A stretch of DNA of 64,000 nt from Planctomycetota bacterium. Lineage in GTDB: Bacteria; Planctomycetota; Planctomycetia; Pirellulales; UBA1268. Where the stretch lies: positions 68,525 to 132,524 of the forward strand of contig JANNSZ010000033.1 in the NCBI GenBank assembly GCA_031403195.1. The letters are read 5' to 3'. The translations under genes were made by a program, and so were the position numbers. The notes below the pieces were generated by a model. The model had not been told where the DNA came from. It worked only from the letters and a program-made list of their open reading frames with translations, and did not search any database. Each line of letters begins with the position of its first letter. The stretch's first letter is position 1. Positions 1 to 10,128 of the stretch are shown here, one piece after another.

Positions 1-2
1 TC

Positions 3-1956
<1,954 letters not shown>

Positions 1957-2130
1957 CGGCCACGCGTTGGCGAAGCGGCTACCAATGGGGCGCTGCCCAT
2001 GAATGGGCAGATTGCGCCTCTTTCCAGGCTTGCCAAGCGGCCGCGACTCTCTCGCGCTGGCGTTGCTCGCCTGCTGGGGTTGCGTTACAACCCCGCGTCC
2101 CCGAACTGGCAGGCCTGAGGAACAATCGCC

Positions 2131-2793
2131 ATGAGCCGCACTCGCCGATCGATCCGCCGCGGGCCGCTTTCCAGGGCTGCCCTTCCACAGTCTGCGTCTT
2201 GGAACGGCGATGCTCGAGTCTTCGTTCCGCAGGGATATGAGCCAGGCTACGACTATCCGTTGATTGTGTGGCTGACCGACCCAGCCTCCACGTTTGACTT
2301 GGGCCGCGCGATGGTTCGCATGAGCCTGCGGAACTTTGTGGCCATCGAGCCCGCTCGTGGCGGCGCCTCGGCATGGCGGGCGATCGACCGCGTGCGCGAC
2401 CGTCTCAGCATTCATCCACGACGGATCTGGCTCGTGGGCCACAAGTCAGGTGGAACCGAAGCGTTCCGCATGGCCTGCCACCATCCCGATGTGTTCGCCG
2501 GTGCCGTCTCGCTCGGTGGTGGCTTTCCACTCGGCGAGCCACTGCTTGGGCAGCTGGACGCGATCCGCCGGACACCGCTTCTGCTCTGCTGCAAATCCGC
2601 CAACGTGGCGGCCGATCCAACGACCCTGGACCAAACGCTGCGGCTCTTCCATGCCTGCGGCGGCACGCTCGCGGTGCGGATCTACCAGCGGGGCGACGAG
2701 CTTTCTCGTACGACCCTGACCGATGTCAACCGCTGGCTCATGGATGAGCTCTGCGGCCAACCCGCTTCACTTCAGCCACATGGAGCGGCCTAG
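2131..2793 (+). CDS. alpha/beta-hydrolase fold protein (phospholipase/carboxylesterase-like)
   Basis: ORF 2131..2793 has a GAGGAA-like RBS upstream. The pattern PLIVWL...RIWLVGHKSGGTEAF...LLLCC resembles the dienelactone hydrolase/carboxylesterase family. The nucleophile elbow is atypical (HKSGG). Confidence 0.65.
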   Translation: MSRTRRSIRRGPLSRAALPQSASWNGDARVFVPQGYEPGYDYPLIVWLTDPASTFDLGRAMVRMSLRNFVAIEPARGGASAWRAIDRVRDRLSIHPRRIWLVGHKSGGTEAFRMACHHPDVFAGAVSLGGGFPLGEPLLGQLDAIRRTPLLLCCKSANVAADPTTLDQTLRLFHACGGTLAVRIYQRGDELSRTTLTDVNRWLMDELCGQPASLQPHGAA

Positions 2794-2847
2794 CCGCTCT
2801 CCGTCGCCCGGCCAGCGCGGGCAGTTCATGACAGGGAAAGGATTCCC

Positions 2848-3372
2848 ATGGCGTCTTCGCATGATGCTTTCGGCACAGACGGTCCGCGGCACGTGCTTCC
2901 CATTCGGACGCCCTTGCAGCCGGATTCGCTCAGCGACCTGCTCGCTGCCATCGTCGCTGGCGTGACGGTCGATCGGCGTCGTCGCGACCTCCCAGCGGTG
3001 ACCATTTTCCTTGAAGTCATGGCGTCGTGGGAGCCCGATGTGGATGCCGAGGCACTCCGCGCCAGCCTGACGCATCTGGTGGCCGCCGCCTGCGAGGCTG
3101 CCGCAGGTCCGGCACCAGCCAGCGACGGACCGTGCCTGCGTGAGGTCGTCATCACGGCAGTCGACACCCCGCGTGGTCTCGAGATCGAAGTGGCCAATTC
3201 GGGGGTGGGCCCAGACTCCCTTGCTCAAGTCGGCCTGACGGCCGCCCGCGGCTTTGCTCAACACATAGGCGGCAGCCTCGACGTGACTGCCTGCCCTGAG
3301 GGGGGCGCGGCTGTCACCCTCGGCTTCCCATCGCGGCGTGTGGCAGGCCGTTCGGTCCGCCCCGCGGCCTGA
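2848..3372 (+). CDS. GHKL (histidine-kinase-like ATPase) fold protein, degenerate ATP-binding boxes
   Basis: The C-terminal half, LEIEVANSGVGP...GLTAARGFAQHIGGSLDVTACPEGGAAVTLGFP, resembles the HATPase_c G1/G2/G3 region. No N-box Asn is present, and ANSGVG replaces DxGxG. It ends 23 nt upstream of fliF. Confidence 0.5.
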   Translation: MASSHDAFGTDGPRHVLPIRTPLQPDSLSDLLAAIVAGVTVDRRRRDLPAVTIFLEVMASWEPDVDAEALRASLTHLVAAACEAAAGPAPASDGPCLREVVITAVDTPRGLEIEVANSGVGPDSLAQVGLTAARGFAQHIGGSLDVTACPEGGAAVTLGFPSRRVAGRSVRPAA

Positions 3373-3395
3373 CCCCCTCCGGACAGAGAGATTCC

Positions 3396-4853
3396 ATGGA
3401 CACAGCCGGTGGTGATCAGCCGCGGCGGTTTGCACCCCGGGTGACACCCGCGCAGGTGGTCGGTATCGGGCTCGTCGTGGCCTCGCTCGGCTGGGCAGCG
3501 TGGCTCCTCCGCGACCGTCCCATCAGCGAGCAGGTGGAGCTCCTGCCGGGGACCGTGCTTCCATCGTCGGAGTTGGCCATCATCGAAGCCGCCTTCGACC
3601 GCGCCCAGCTCACTGACCATCGTACCGAGGACGGTCGTGTGTGGGTGCCACGGCCCCGCCAGAGCGCCTACATGCGAGCCCTCGTCGATGCCGACGCACT
3701 CCCACGAGAGTTCGGCGGAAGCTTCAAGTGGGCCCTCGAACAGAACAGCCCGTGGCAGAGCCAGGCCACGCACGCGGAGATGCGTCGGGTCGCGTTGCAG
3801 GAGGAGCTTGCCCGAGTGATTTGCTCGATGCCCGGCATCGAAAGGGCTGCTGTCCTGTACGACGTCGATTCCCGTCCGTCGGGATCGCTCGGTGGAAGCC
3901 CGGAGCGGACGGCGAGCGTCAACATCCGAACACAGCCTGGCATTGAGCTCGAGCCACTCCGCGTCCACGCGGTCCGTGTCCTCGTGGCGTCTTCGATTGC
4001 GGGACTCCAGGCCGAGCGAGTGGCTGTGACCGATCTCCGCAGTGGCCGTGTCTTCACTGGGCCGCTGACCGCAGACACCGAAGAGGCGCTCGCCGCCGCC
4101 GACCCGCTCCTTGGTCGACGGATCGCGCACGAGCGACACCTTGTGTCAAAGCTCCGGCTGGCCCTGGCGTACGTGAAGGGCGCCGTCATCGACGTCACGG
4201 TGACGTTTCCATCACCCGCTCCACGCCTCCCACCGCTCGAGGCTCCTGCCGCCAGCCAGCGTGTGGCCGAAGCCAACTCGCCAGCGTCCGTCGGTGAGCA
4301 TGCAGTTGAGCCAGTGGCTGTCATTGATGACACACAGCCGTCGACGATCATCATCTCGCTGGCCGTGCCCGATGAATTCTTTGCCGGTCTCGATGCTGAA
4401 GGGGCTGCCGGCCTCGAGGAACGCCTTCGCGACCATGTCATGAGCATTGTCCCATCGACGCCGCAGGCTGATGGGAGGCGGCTCGTGCTGACCCGCGTGG
4501 GGGCGTTTCCAGGCTCTCTGTCGCGGGTCGCGCGGCGTCCGGCGTCGCCTGTCGCACCGTCTCCCGTGATGACCGCCGCCGCGGCTACCGACCACGATCG
4601 GCACGTATCGCTCGAGGCCGCATGGAAGGCGATCCTTGCCGGGCGGGCGAGTGATGTGCCCGGTGAGGTATGGCTCGCCGTGATCGCTGTGGCCGCAGGT
4701 TTTTTGGGCCTCCTCGTCCTTCGGCCGAAAAGAGGCGAGCCGCAGGACACGCGCACCGTCCGTCGCCATCCGGCCCAGATCGATTGGTCGGGCCTTGATA
4801 GCAGGCCGCGCACGGCCGTCACGCCTGAAGCCCCACATCGGACAGCCGCATGA
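3396..4853 (+). CDS. fliF: flagellar M-ring / SctJ-family ring protein FliF-like
   Basis: N-terminal TM (VVGIGLVVASLGWAAWLL) and C-terminal TM (VWLAVIAVAAGFLGLLVL). YscJ/FliF-like core: VWVPRPRQSAYMRALVDADALP...RRVALQEELARVICSMPGIERAAVLYDV...ASVNIRTQPG...VRVLVASSIAGLQAERVAVTDLRSGRVF. Confidence 0.8.
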   Translation: MDTAGGDQPRRFAPRVTPAQVVGIGLVVASLGWAAWLLRDRPISEQVELLPGTVLPSSELAIIEAAFDRAQLTDHRTEDGRVWVPRPRQSAYMRALVDADALPREFGGSFKWALEQNSPWQSQATHAEMRRVALQEELARVICSMPGIERAAVLYDVDSRPSGSLGGSPERTASVNIRTQPGIELEPLRVHAVRVLVASSIAGLQAERVAVTDLRSGRVFTGPLTADTEEALAAADPLLGRRIAHERHLVSKLRLALAYVKGAVIDVTVTFPSPAPRLPPLEAPAASQRVAEANSPASVGEHAVEPVAVIDDTQPSTIIISLAVPDEFFAGLDAEGAAGLEERLRDHVMSIVPSTPQADGRRLVLTRVGAFPGSLSRVARRPASPVAPSPVMTAAAATDHDRHVSLEAAWKAILAGRASDVPGEVWLAVIAVAAGFLGLLVLRPKRGEPQDTRTVRRHPAQIDWSGLDSRPRTAVTPEAPHRTAA

Positions 4854-5437
4854 ATGACCCAATACGCAATTGCCCCACCGGTATCACGAGGCTGACGTTC
4901 GTCGTCGCCGTCGTCTGGTGCAGCATGACGCTGGGTGAGGAGTTGGCCGGCAGCCCACCCGTGCCGCCAGTCCCCGAGGATGTGAACGCCCAGGTGGTCA
5001 TTCCGACCGTTGCGGTTGAGCCCCTCCCGCTCACCGGTGAGTCGCAAACGCCGCCTCCCGCCAGCCGGCGCGGTCCGACTGGGCCTCTCGCCGAGTGGAC
5101 AGTCCTGGGGGCCATCGCCGCCACGTTCGTCGTTCTGGCGGCGTATCGCTACCGGCAGACACGGCGTCGCAGCCGCGATCTTCCGACCGATGTTTTCGAT
5201 GTGCTGGGGGAGGGATCCCTTGGCGGTCAGCATGCGGTCCGCATCGTTCGGTTTGGCCCGAGAACTCTCCTGGTCGGCATCTCTGCTGCGGGCTGCCAGA
5301 CCCTCGCGACGCTTGACGATCCGCAGGCCACCGAGCGGATCGTGACGGCCTGCCTCGGGAGCCGTGCCCCCCGGCCGCCCCGTGGCGTGACCCCGGTTCG
5401 GCAGCGGGCCGAGCCCGTGGGCGAGGAGGCCCCATGA
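4850..5437 (+). CDS. fliO: FliO-like flagellar export protein
   Basis: ATGA overlap with the fliF stop. Single TM (WTVLGAIAATFVVLAAY) is followed by the FliO-type segment VLGEGSLGGQHAVRIVRFGPRTLLVGISAAGCQTLATL. It sits immediately before fliP. Confidence 0.6.
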   Translation: MNDPIRNCPTGITRLTFVVAVVWCSMTLGEELAGSPPVPPVPEDVNAQVVIPTVAVEPLPLTGESQTPPPASRRGPTGPLAEWTVLGAIAATFVVLAAYRYRQTRRRSRDLPTDVFDVLGEGSLGGQHAVRIVRFGPRTLLVGISAAGCQTLATLDDPQATERIVTACLGSRAPRPPRGVTPVRQRAEPVGEEAP

Positions 5438-6324
5438 CCACCGCGGTGCGTCGCTCCATTGATGTCCTGATGCTTGTCTGCGCGGGCTTCGGAAGCGTCG
5501 CATGCGGCGACGAGGCGGGCGTGAACCTCCCGGCGACGGTGGCGATTGAATCGCCCGCGGGGCTGAGCCCGATCGAGAGCGCCGAAAGACCCACGGAAGC
5601 TCTCCTTGTCGATCGGCCGTCGTCCGATGCAAGCGAAGCAGCGTGGAACCCAGCCTCGCTCCTTGGGAGCCGTCAGCTCACCGCGATCCTCCCGTCAGCC
5701 ATGCTCTTCGGTGTCATGACGCTCGCGCCCGCGGTGCTCTTGATGACCACCTGCTTCGTTCGGATGTCGGTGGTCCTCTCGCTCGTCCGGCAAGGACTGG
5801 GCGCTGCCGGTGTGCCATCCAACCAGATTGTGGCGGCGCTGGCCATCTTTCTCTCGGCGATGGTGATGTGGCCTGTCTGGACGCGGGCATGGAACGACGG
5901 CGTCGTGCCCTACCAGGCGAACGAGATCGGGGCCAACGAGGCCTTCGCGAGGGGATCGCTGCCGATTCGCCGCTGGATGGCCGCTCAGATCGAGGGAGCC
6001 GGTAACCGGGACACGGTGCTGGTCTTCCTCACGCGGCTTCCGGGCGGCCCACGCGAGGCCGCCACCTATGACGATGTGCCTCTCGAGGCGCTCCTGCCCG
6101 CCTTCCTCGTCAGCGAGCTCGAGACCGCATTCACCATCGGTCTTCGTCTGCTGCTGCCGTTTCTGGTACTCGACATTCTCGTGGCGACGCTCGTGGTATC
6201 GACAGGGCTCGTGATGCTGCCTCCCTCGCTCGTGTCATTGCCCCTGAAACTTCTCGTCTTCGTAACTGCGGATGGCTGGACGCTCGTCGTGCGAGCTCTT
6301 CTCGATGGATTTGTTGCCTCCTGA
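5434..6324 (+). CDS. fliP: flagellar/T3SS export gate protein FliP
   Basis: ATGA overlap with fliO. Strong by-eye match to the FliP core: LAPAVLLMTTCFVRMSVVLSLVRQGLGAAGVPSNQIVAALAIFLSAMVMWPVW...LLPAFLVSELETAFTIGLRLLLPFLVLDILVATLVVSTGLVMLPPSLVSLPLKLLVFVTADGW. Confidence 0.92.
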   Translation: MTTAVRRSIDVLMLVCAGFGSVACGDEAGVNLPATVAIESPAGLSPIESAERPTEALLVDRPSSDASEAAWNPASLLGSRQLTAILPSAMLFGVMTLAPAVLLMTTCFVRMSVVLSLVRQGLGAAGVPSNQIVAALAIFLSAMVMWPVWTRAWNDGVVPYQANEIGANEAFARGSLPIRRWMAAQIEGAGNRDTVLVFLTRLPGGPREAATYDDVPLEALLPAFLVSELETAFTIGLRLLLPFLVLDILVATLVVSTGLVMLPPSLVSLPLKLLVFVTADGWTLVVRALLDGFVAS

Positions 6325-6336
6325 GGACGCTTTCCG

Positions 6337-6594
6337 ATGGGCGACATGCAGCTCCTCGAGCTCGTGCGGCAGTGCCTGGTCACGGGTGGGTTCGCGCTCC
6401 TGCCGGTGCTCGCCGCAGGCTTCGCCGTCGCCGTCGTGGCGGGGCTCATGCAGGCGGCCACAGGAATTCATGAACCGGTGGTGGGGCTCGTGCCGCGTCT
6501 GGCCGCGATGGGGTTCGTTCTCCTTGTCACGCTGCCATGGATGGTCGAGCAGCTTGCGGAACTGTTCCGCGTGGCCGCGACAGGTTCCTCGTGA
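6337..6594 (+). CDS. fliQ: flagellar/T3SS export gate protein FliQ
   Basis: 85-aa two-TM protein 12 nt after fliP. It has FliQ-like length and pattern (LLPVLAAGFAVAVVAGLMQAATGIHEPVVGLVPRLAAM). Confidence 0.85.
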   Translation: MGDMQLLELVRQCLVTGGFALLPVLAAGFAVAVVAGLMQAATGIHEPVVGLVPRLAAMGFVLLVTLPWMVEQLAELFRVAATGSS

Positions 6595-6692
6595 GTCTTG
6601 AACAACAAATCCCGGTTGTGCCGTCGCTCCACGACGGCGTCATGCAGTGGATTGGTTGGACCACTCATTCAAACACGGATCGGTGGTGACCC

Positions 6693-7475
6693 TTGAACCA
6701 CACCTCCCTGTCGGCGCTGTTCGCATCCGATCCGACGCTTGCGGTTGCGGTCATCGTCCGCATGGCAGCGGCGGTCGCAGCCGGCGCGCTGGGCATGTTT
6801 CCGCATCTCGATTTTCGGGTGAAGGGCCTGACCGCCATAATCCTTGCAGCGGCAGCGTTGCCGGCGGCTGCGGCGACGAACCGTCTTGTTGGCCGGCCAT
6901 CGCTCGTTCCTCTGCTGGCCGGCGAGGCCGTGGTGGGGTTGGGTCTCGGGCTCGTTGTGGCAGTCGTGTTTGCCGCTGCGGCCTGGGCCGGCGGTATCGT
7001 GGCAAGCATCGCCGGCCTGTCCTGGGCTGATGACGTGAATCCGGTTGAGGCAACCGGCGACGGGTCGGCAGCCCAACTCGCCGCCTGGCTTGCGGTGGGC
7101 GGGTTCCTCTCGGCTGGCGGTCACATCGCCATCATCGTGGGGCTCGTGGATAGTGTCGGCCGACTGCCAGTCGGCAGTGTGGTCGACGCGGGTTTTTCCG
7201 GCCTGCTCGACGTGGTGGCGACGATGCCAACCGCCGCGATCGAGCTGGCATGGTCGCTTGCAGTCCCGGCGGTTGCCGCGGTTCTCACCTTTCACGTGGC
7301 GGCTGCGATCTGCCTCCGGAGCATCCGGTTCACGGTGGGGGCGGGGCTTCTCCAGGCCGCGGCTTCCCTGGTGCTCCTGGGAGCCCTGTTGCAAGGGGCG
7401 GCCACATGGACCGAGGGATTTGCCTCGCTGGCGCAGGGCCCGCTCGACCGAGGCCTCACCGACATCGCTCCGTAG
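6693..7475 (+). CDS. fliR: flagellar/T3SS export gate protein FliR
   Basis: 260-aa polytopic membrane protein lying between fliQ and flhB. The first codon is TTG, so the start is uncertain. Call rests on position and topology. Confidence 0.78.
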   Translation: MNHTSLSALFASDPTLAVAVIVRMAAAVAAGALGMFPHLDFRVKGLTAIILAAAALPAAAATNRLVGRPSLVPLLAGEAVVGLGLGLVVAVVFAAAAWAGGIVASIAGLSWADDVNPVEATGDGSAAQLAAWLAVGGFLSAGGHIAIIVGLVDSVGRLPVGSVVDAGFSGLLDVVATMPTAAIELAWSLAVPAVAAVLTFHVAAAICLRSIRFTVGAGLLQAAASLVLLGALLQGAATWTEGFASLAQGPLDRGLTDIAP

Positions 7476-7494
7476 TTCATCGCCGAGGCCCTCT

Positions 7495-8226
7495 GTGTCT
7501 GATGCATCCGACCGCACGATCCCGGCCTCTCCTCGTCGCCGCGAGCAGGCTCGCCGCGCCGGCATGGAGCCGTCGGCTGCGCTCCCCGCGTGGGCGGCAT
7601 CAGCTGCGACGGCCATCATGCTCGCGCCTGCCTGGTCGAGTGCCACGATCCAGGCCGCCGCGGAGGCTTTCCGCGACGCCGCCAGCGCCGCGGCGCTCCA
7701 TGACGGGGCCATGTTTCCCGTCTCGCCAGGTCTCGTGGTGCCGACGCTCGGGCTTGTGGCAGCCTCGGCGGCTGCCGGAATGGCCGTGCGACTGCTCTGC
7801 GACGGCATGTCGTTTCAGCCAGCGCGAGCCGCCTTTGACCCCCAGCGGATCAGTCCGCTCGCTGGCCTGCGGAGGATTTTCTCCGGCGACACCGTGCTGG
7901 CCATGCTCGGCCATGGCTTGGCACTCATCGCATTCATTGCTGTTGCGGTGATCGCGGCGCGGCCTCTGATGGCGACGCTCTCGGCACCGGCCGAGTCAGC
8001 GGCGGTGGGGCACGCAGCCTGGCGGGTGGTCATGGGACTCGCTGGGGTGGCAAGCATCTTCACCGTCGTTCAGTGGCTCCTCGCCAAGCGACGATTTGAG
8101 GGGCGGATCAGGATGACGCCACAGGAGTATGCCGAGGATGCAAAAGATCTTCAGGCCGATCCTCGGGTGCGGCTCATGCAGCAGAAGCGAAAGGCCAATC
8201 AGCCACCCGTGTCCGGGGCGCGGTAG
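7495..8226 (+). CDS. flhB: FlhB/SctU export-gate protein, transmembrane domain only (C-terminal NPTH autocleavage domain absent)
   Basis: GTG at 7495 lies inside ORF 7045..8226. The N-terminus VSDASDRTIPASPRRREQARRAG matches the FlhB DRTEKPTPKRLEEARKKG pattern. FDPQRISPLAGLRRIFSG matches the FlhB/SctU signature. The protein ends 12 aa after the linker RMTPQEYAEDAKDLQADPRVRLMQQKR. Confidence 0.8.
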   Translation: MSDASDRTIPASPRRREQARRAGMEPSAALPAWAASAATAIMLAPAWSSATIQAAAEAFRDAASAAALHDGAMFPVSPGLVVPTLGLVAASAAAGMAVRLLCDGMSFQPARAAFDPQRISPLAGLRRIFSGDTVLAMLGHGLALIAFIAVAVIAARPLMATLSAPAESAAVGHAAWRVVMGLAGVASIFTVVQWLLAKRRFEGRIRMTPQEYAEDAKDLQADPRVRLMQQKRKANQPPVSGAR

Positions 8227-9359
8227 CCATATCGCTCGATAAACGGCTGCCAGCGCCTCGCGATCTCCGACACGAGCCGCGGCTCGTGTCGATAGGTATT
8301 GGTGCGGTACTTCGTCATCTGGCGAGACCGGGCGTGGTCCTCGAGAGTCGGTTGCAGGGTCGCAAAATCACCAAGCTGGAGCGCGTCGTAGGCCTCGGCC
8401 AGCTTCCCCACGGGATCACGGACGAGGTCCTCATACCGAACTTCGTGGAGCTGACCTGCAGCCAGTTGTGGCCGATCCCGCTCGAAGGCCGCATACATCT
8501 CCTCGAAGCAGGCAAAGACATACTCCTCGAGCCGCTCGCCGCGGTCCACTTGGAATCCTTGCACTTCGTCGAGCGAGCGCCAGAGCCGAACGGTCGATGG
8601 GAAGACGACGAAGGGATCGCGGACCACGTGGAGAAATCTGGCTCCTGGGAACATGTCTGCAAGGATGCCCATTCTCGCCGTGTGGGGTGGGCTCTTGAGG
8701 ATCGGTCGTCTGGGATCCCGCACGGCCAGCCGGGCGAGGAACCGACGCATTGCAGACTTCCACCGTGCGAGATCGTCGGCCGGCAGCTTCGTAAGGTCGA
8801 GGGCCACCGGCGCATTCGTGCTCGTGGCGGGGAAGGCCATGCGTCGGTAGGGCGATGGTGCACCCATGTTGGCCAGCGCGAACTCGTCCTCTTGAGGCCG
8901 CGACCAACCGGCTGCCACGTTGTCCATCGGCCGCTTGGCCGGCATGACCCAGGCGAGGGCTCGCGTGAGGAGGGTCTCGGTCAGGAGGAAGTGCCCTGGC
9001 GCGAAGCACTGGTACGTGGAGGGGCAGCAGAAACGCTCGTCGAGCATCATCAGCTCGTGCAGCAGCGTCGTGCCGCTCCGCCAGTGGCCCAGGATGAAGA
9101 CCGGTGGCGGGGTCTTCGGGGGCTGGCGGAGTCGCCGCCGATACCGCGCATCGCTCAGCGGTTCGGCGACAGAGTTGAAGATCGCGGCGGCCGAGACCGT
9201 GGCGGCCAGCCCAAGCTTCAAAGGCTGGATCTTTCCGCCATGTTCGGCGACCAGCCCCCACCACACGTGGAGCGGCATGCCATGCCAGAAGCGTGGGCTC
9301 CACCACGGGTACGCGTGGGGGGCATCCTGGCCAGGAGGTGGAGAGGCAGAGGAACCCAT
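8199..9359 (-). CDS. sulfotransferase family protein
   Basis: PAPS-binding 5'-PSB motif PPVFILGHWRSGTTLLHELM. Sulfotransferase-like remainder (RDPFVVFPSTVRLW). Its 3' end overlaps the flhB 3' end by 28 nt (convergent). Confidence 0.85.
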   Translation of the reverse strand: MGSSASPPPGQDAPHAYPWWSPRFWHGMPLHVWWGLVAEHGGKIQPLKLGLAATVSAAAIFNSVAEPLSDARYRRRLRQPPKTPPPVFILGHWRSGTTLLHELMMLDERFCCPSTYQCFAPGHFLLTETLLTRALAWVMPAKRPMDNVAAGWSRPQEDEFALANMGAPSPYRRMAFPATSTNAPVALDLTKLPADDLARWKSAMRRFLARLAVRDPRRPILKSPPHTARMGILADMFPGARFLHVVRDPFVVFPSTVRLWRSLDEVQGFQVDRGERLEEYVFACFEEMYAAFERDRPQLAAGQLHEVRYEDLVRDPVGKLAEAYDALQLGDFATLQPTLEDHARSRQMTKYRTNTYRHEPRLVSEIARRWQPFIERYGYRAPDTGG

Positions 9360-9389
9360 CTCATCCAGAATCCTAGCCCAAACAAACGG

Positions 9390-10061
9390 TCAGTGGGGTG
9401 TGGTCGCAGATTGGCCAGCGATCCGACGTGGCTGGTCTGCAAGGATCGAGTCGAGGGCGACGGCAAGTCCAGCCCGCGCATCGGCTCCGGACGCCCGGAA
9501 GCTCTCACGCCGCTCTCGGTCGAGGACGATGGCGGTGGGGAATGCATGCACGCCAAACGAGCGGCAGGTCGCCGGTTCACGGTCGGGATCCACGGCTACG
9601 CAGATGCAGTTGTCTGCAAGCTTGGCGAGGTGAGCCTCGTCCAGCGCATGGGCCACAAAGCCATCGCTCCAACGGCACCAGGACGCCCGGAAGACGAGCA
9701 GCATTGGAAGTCCGGTGTCCGCCGCGCGGCGCGAGCCGGCTGCATATCCGTCGACGAGTTCAATGGCCGGCTCAGACGGCGTCGATTCCGTCGCCCGCTG
9801 GCTCGGCGCCGTGAGCCGCTCGACCATCTGGGGAGGCCACGGCGACTGTGGTCCATGCCGTGCCTCTTCGTCGCGCACGTCGCAGCCGACCGGGAGAATC
9901 ATGACGGAGATCAGTGCGGCCACAACGAGCGCGGTCCACGATCGTCGTCGGCGGAGGGGGTGGTTCACGGCGCGCGATGCCCAGGGCGTGGCGAAAGGAT
10001 CGTCCGGCTTGTAGGGGGTGGCCGCCCGCCGAAACAAGCCCGCGGATGCTCGGATGGCCAA
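9390..10061 (-). CDS. thioredoxin-fold protein, membrane-anchored/secreted, monothiol WCRWS motif
   Basis: N-terminal hydrophobic anchor WTALVVAALISVMILPVG. Thioredoxin-like core LPMLLVFRASWCRWSDGF...FGVHAFPTAIVLD. Confidence 0.6.
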   Translation of the reverse strand: MAIRASAGLFRRAATPYKPDDPFATPWASRAVNHPLRRRRSWTALVVAALISVMILPVGCDVRDEEARHGPQSPWPPQMVERLTAPSQRATESTPSEPAIELVDGYAAGSRRAADTGLPMLLVFRASWCRWSDGFVAHALDEAHLAKLADNCICVAVDPDREPATCRSFGVHAFPTAIVLDRERRESFRASGADARAGLAVALDSILADQPRRIAGQSATTPH

Positions 10062-10128
10062 GGATCAGGCCCGCCGATTGCCCAGCTTGCCTGCCTCGCA
10101 TTGAACGGGCTGTTCTTCAACGCGGCGG

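Noticed and set aside
3668-5632. Very long antisense ORFs. Examples: 3668..5632(-) 654 aa, 1024..2442(-), 8286..10244(+) 652 aa, 16124..17692(-), 21229..22362(-), 23639..24862(+), 26667..27590(+), 46432..47310(-), 49600..50829(-), 51622..52677(-), 59368..60741(-).
   Set aside because: Each lies opposite a gene with clear family motifs (fliF-fliP, mdh, sulfotransferase, GAF-MFP, MOSC, autotransporters, gltX, recA, alaS, TPR). Their translations are Arg/Pro/Gly/Ser-rich with no recognisable motifs. This is the typical shadow-ORF behaviour of GC-rich DNA.
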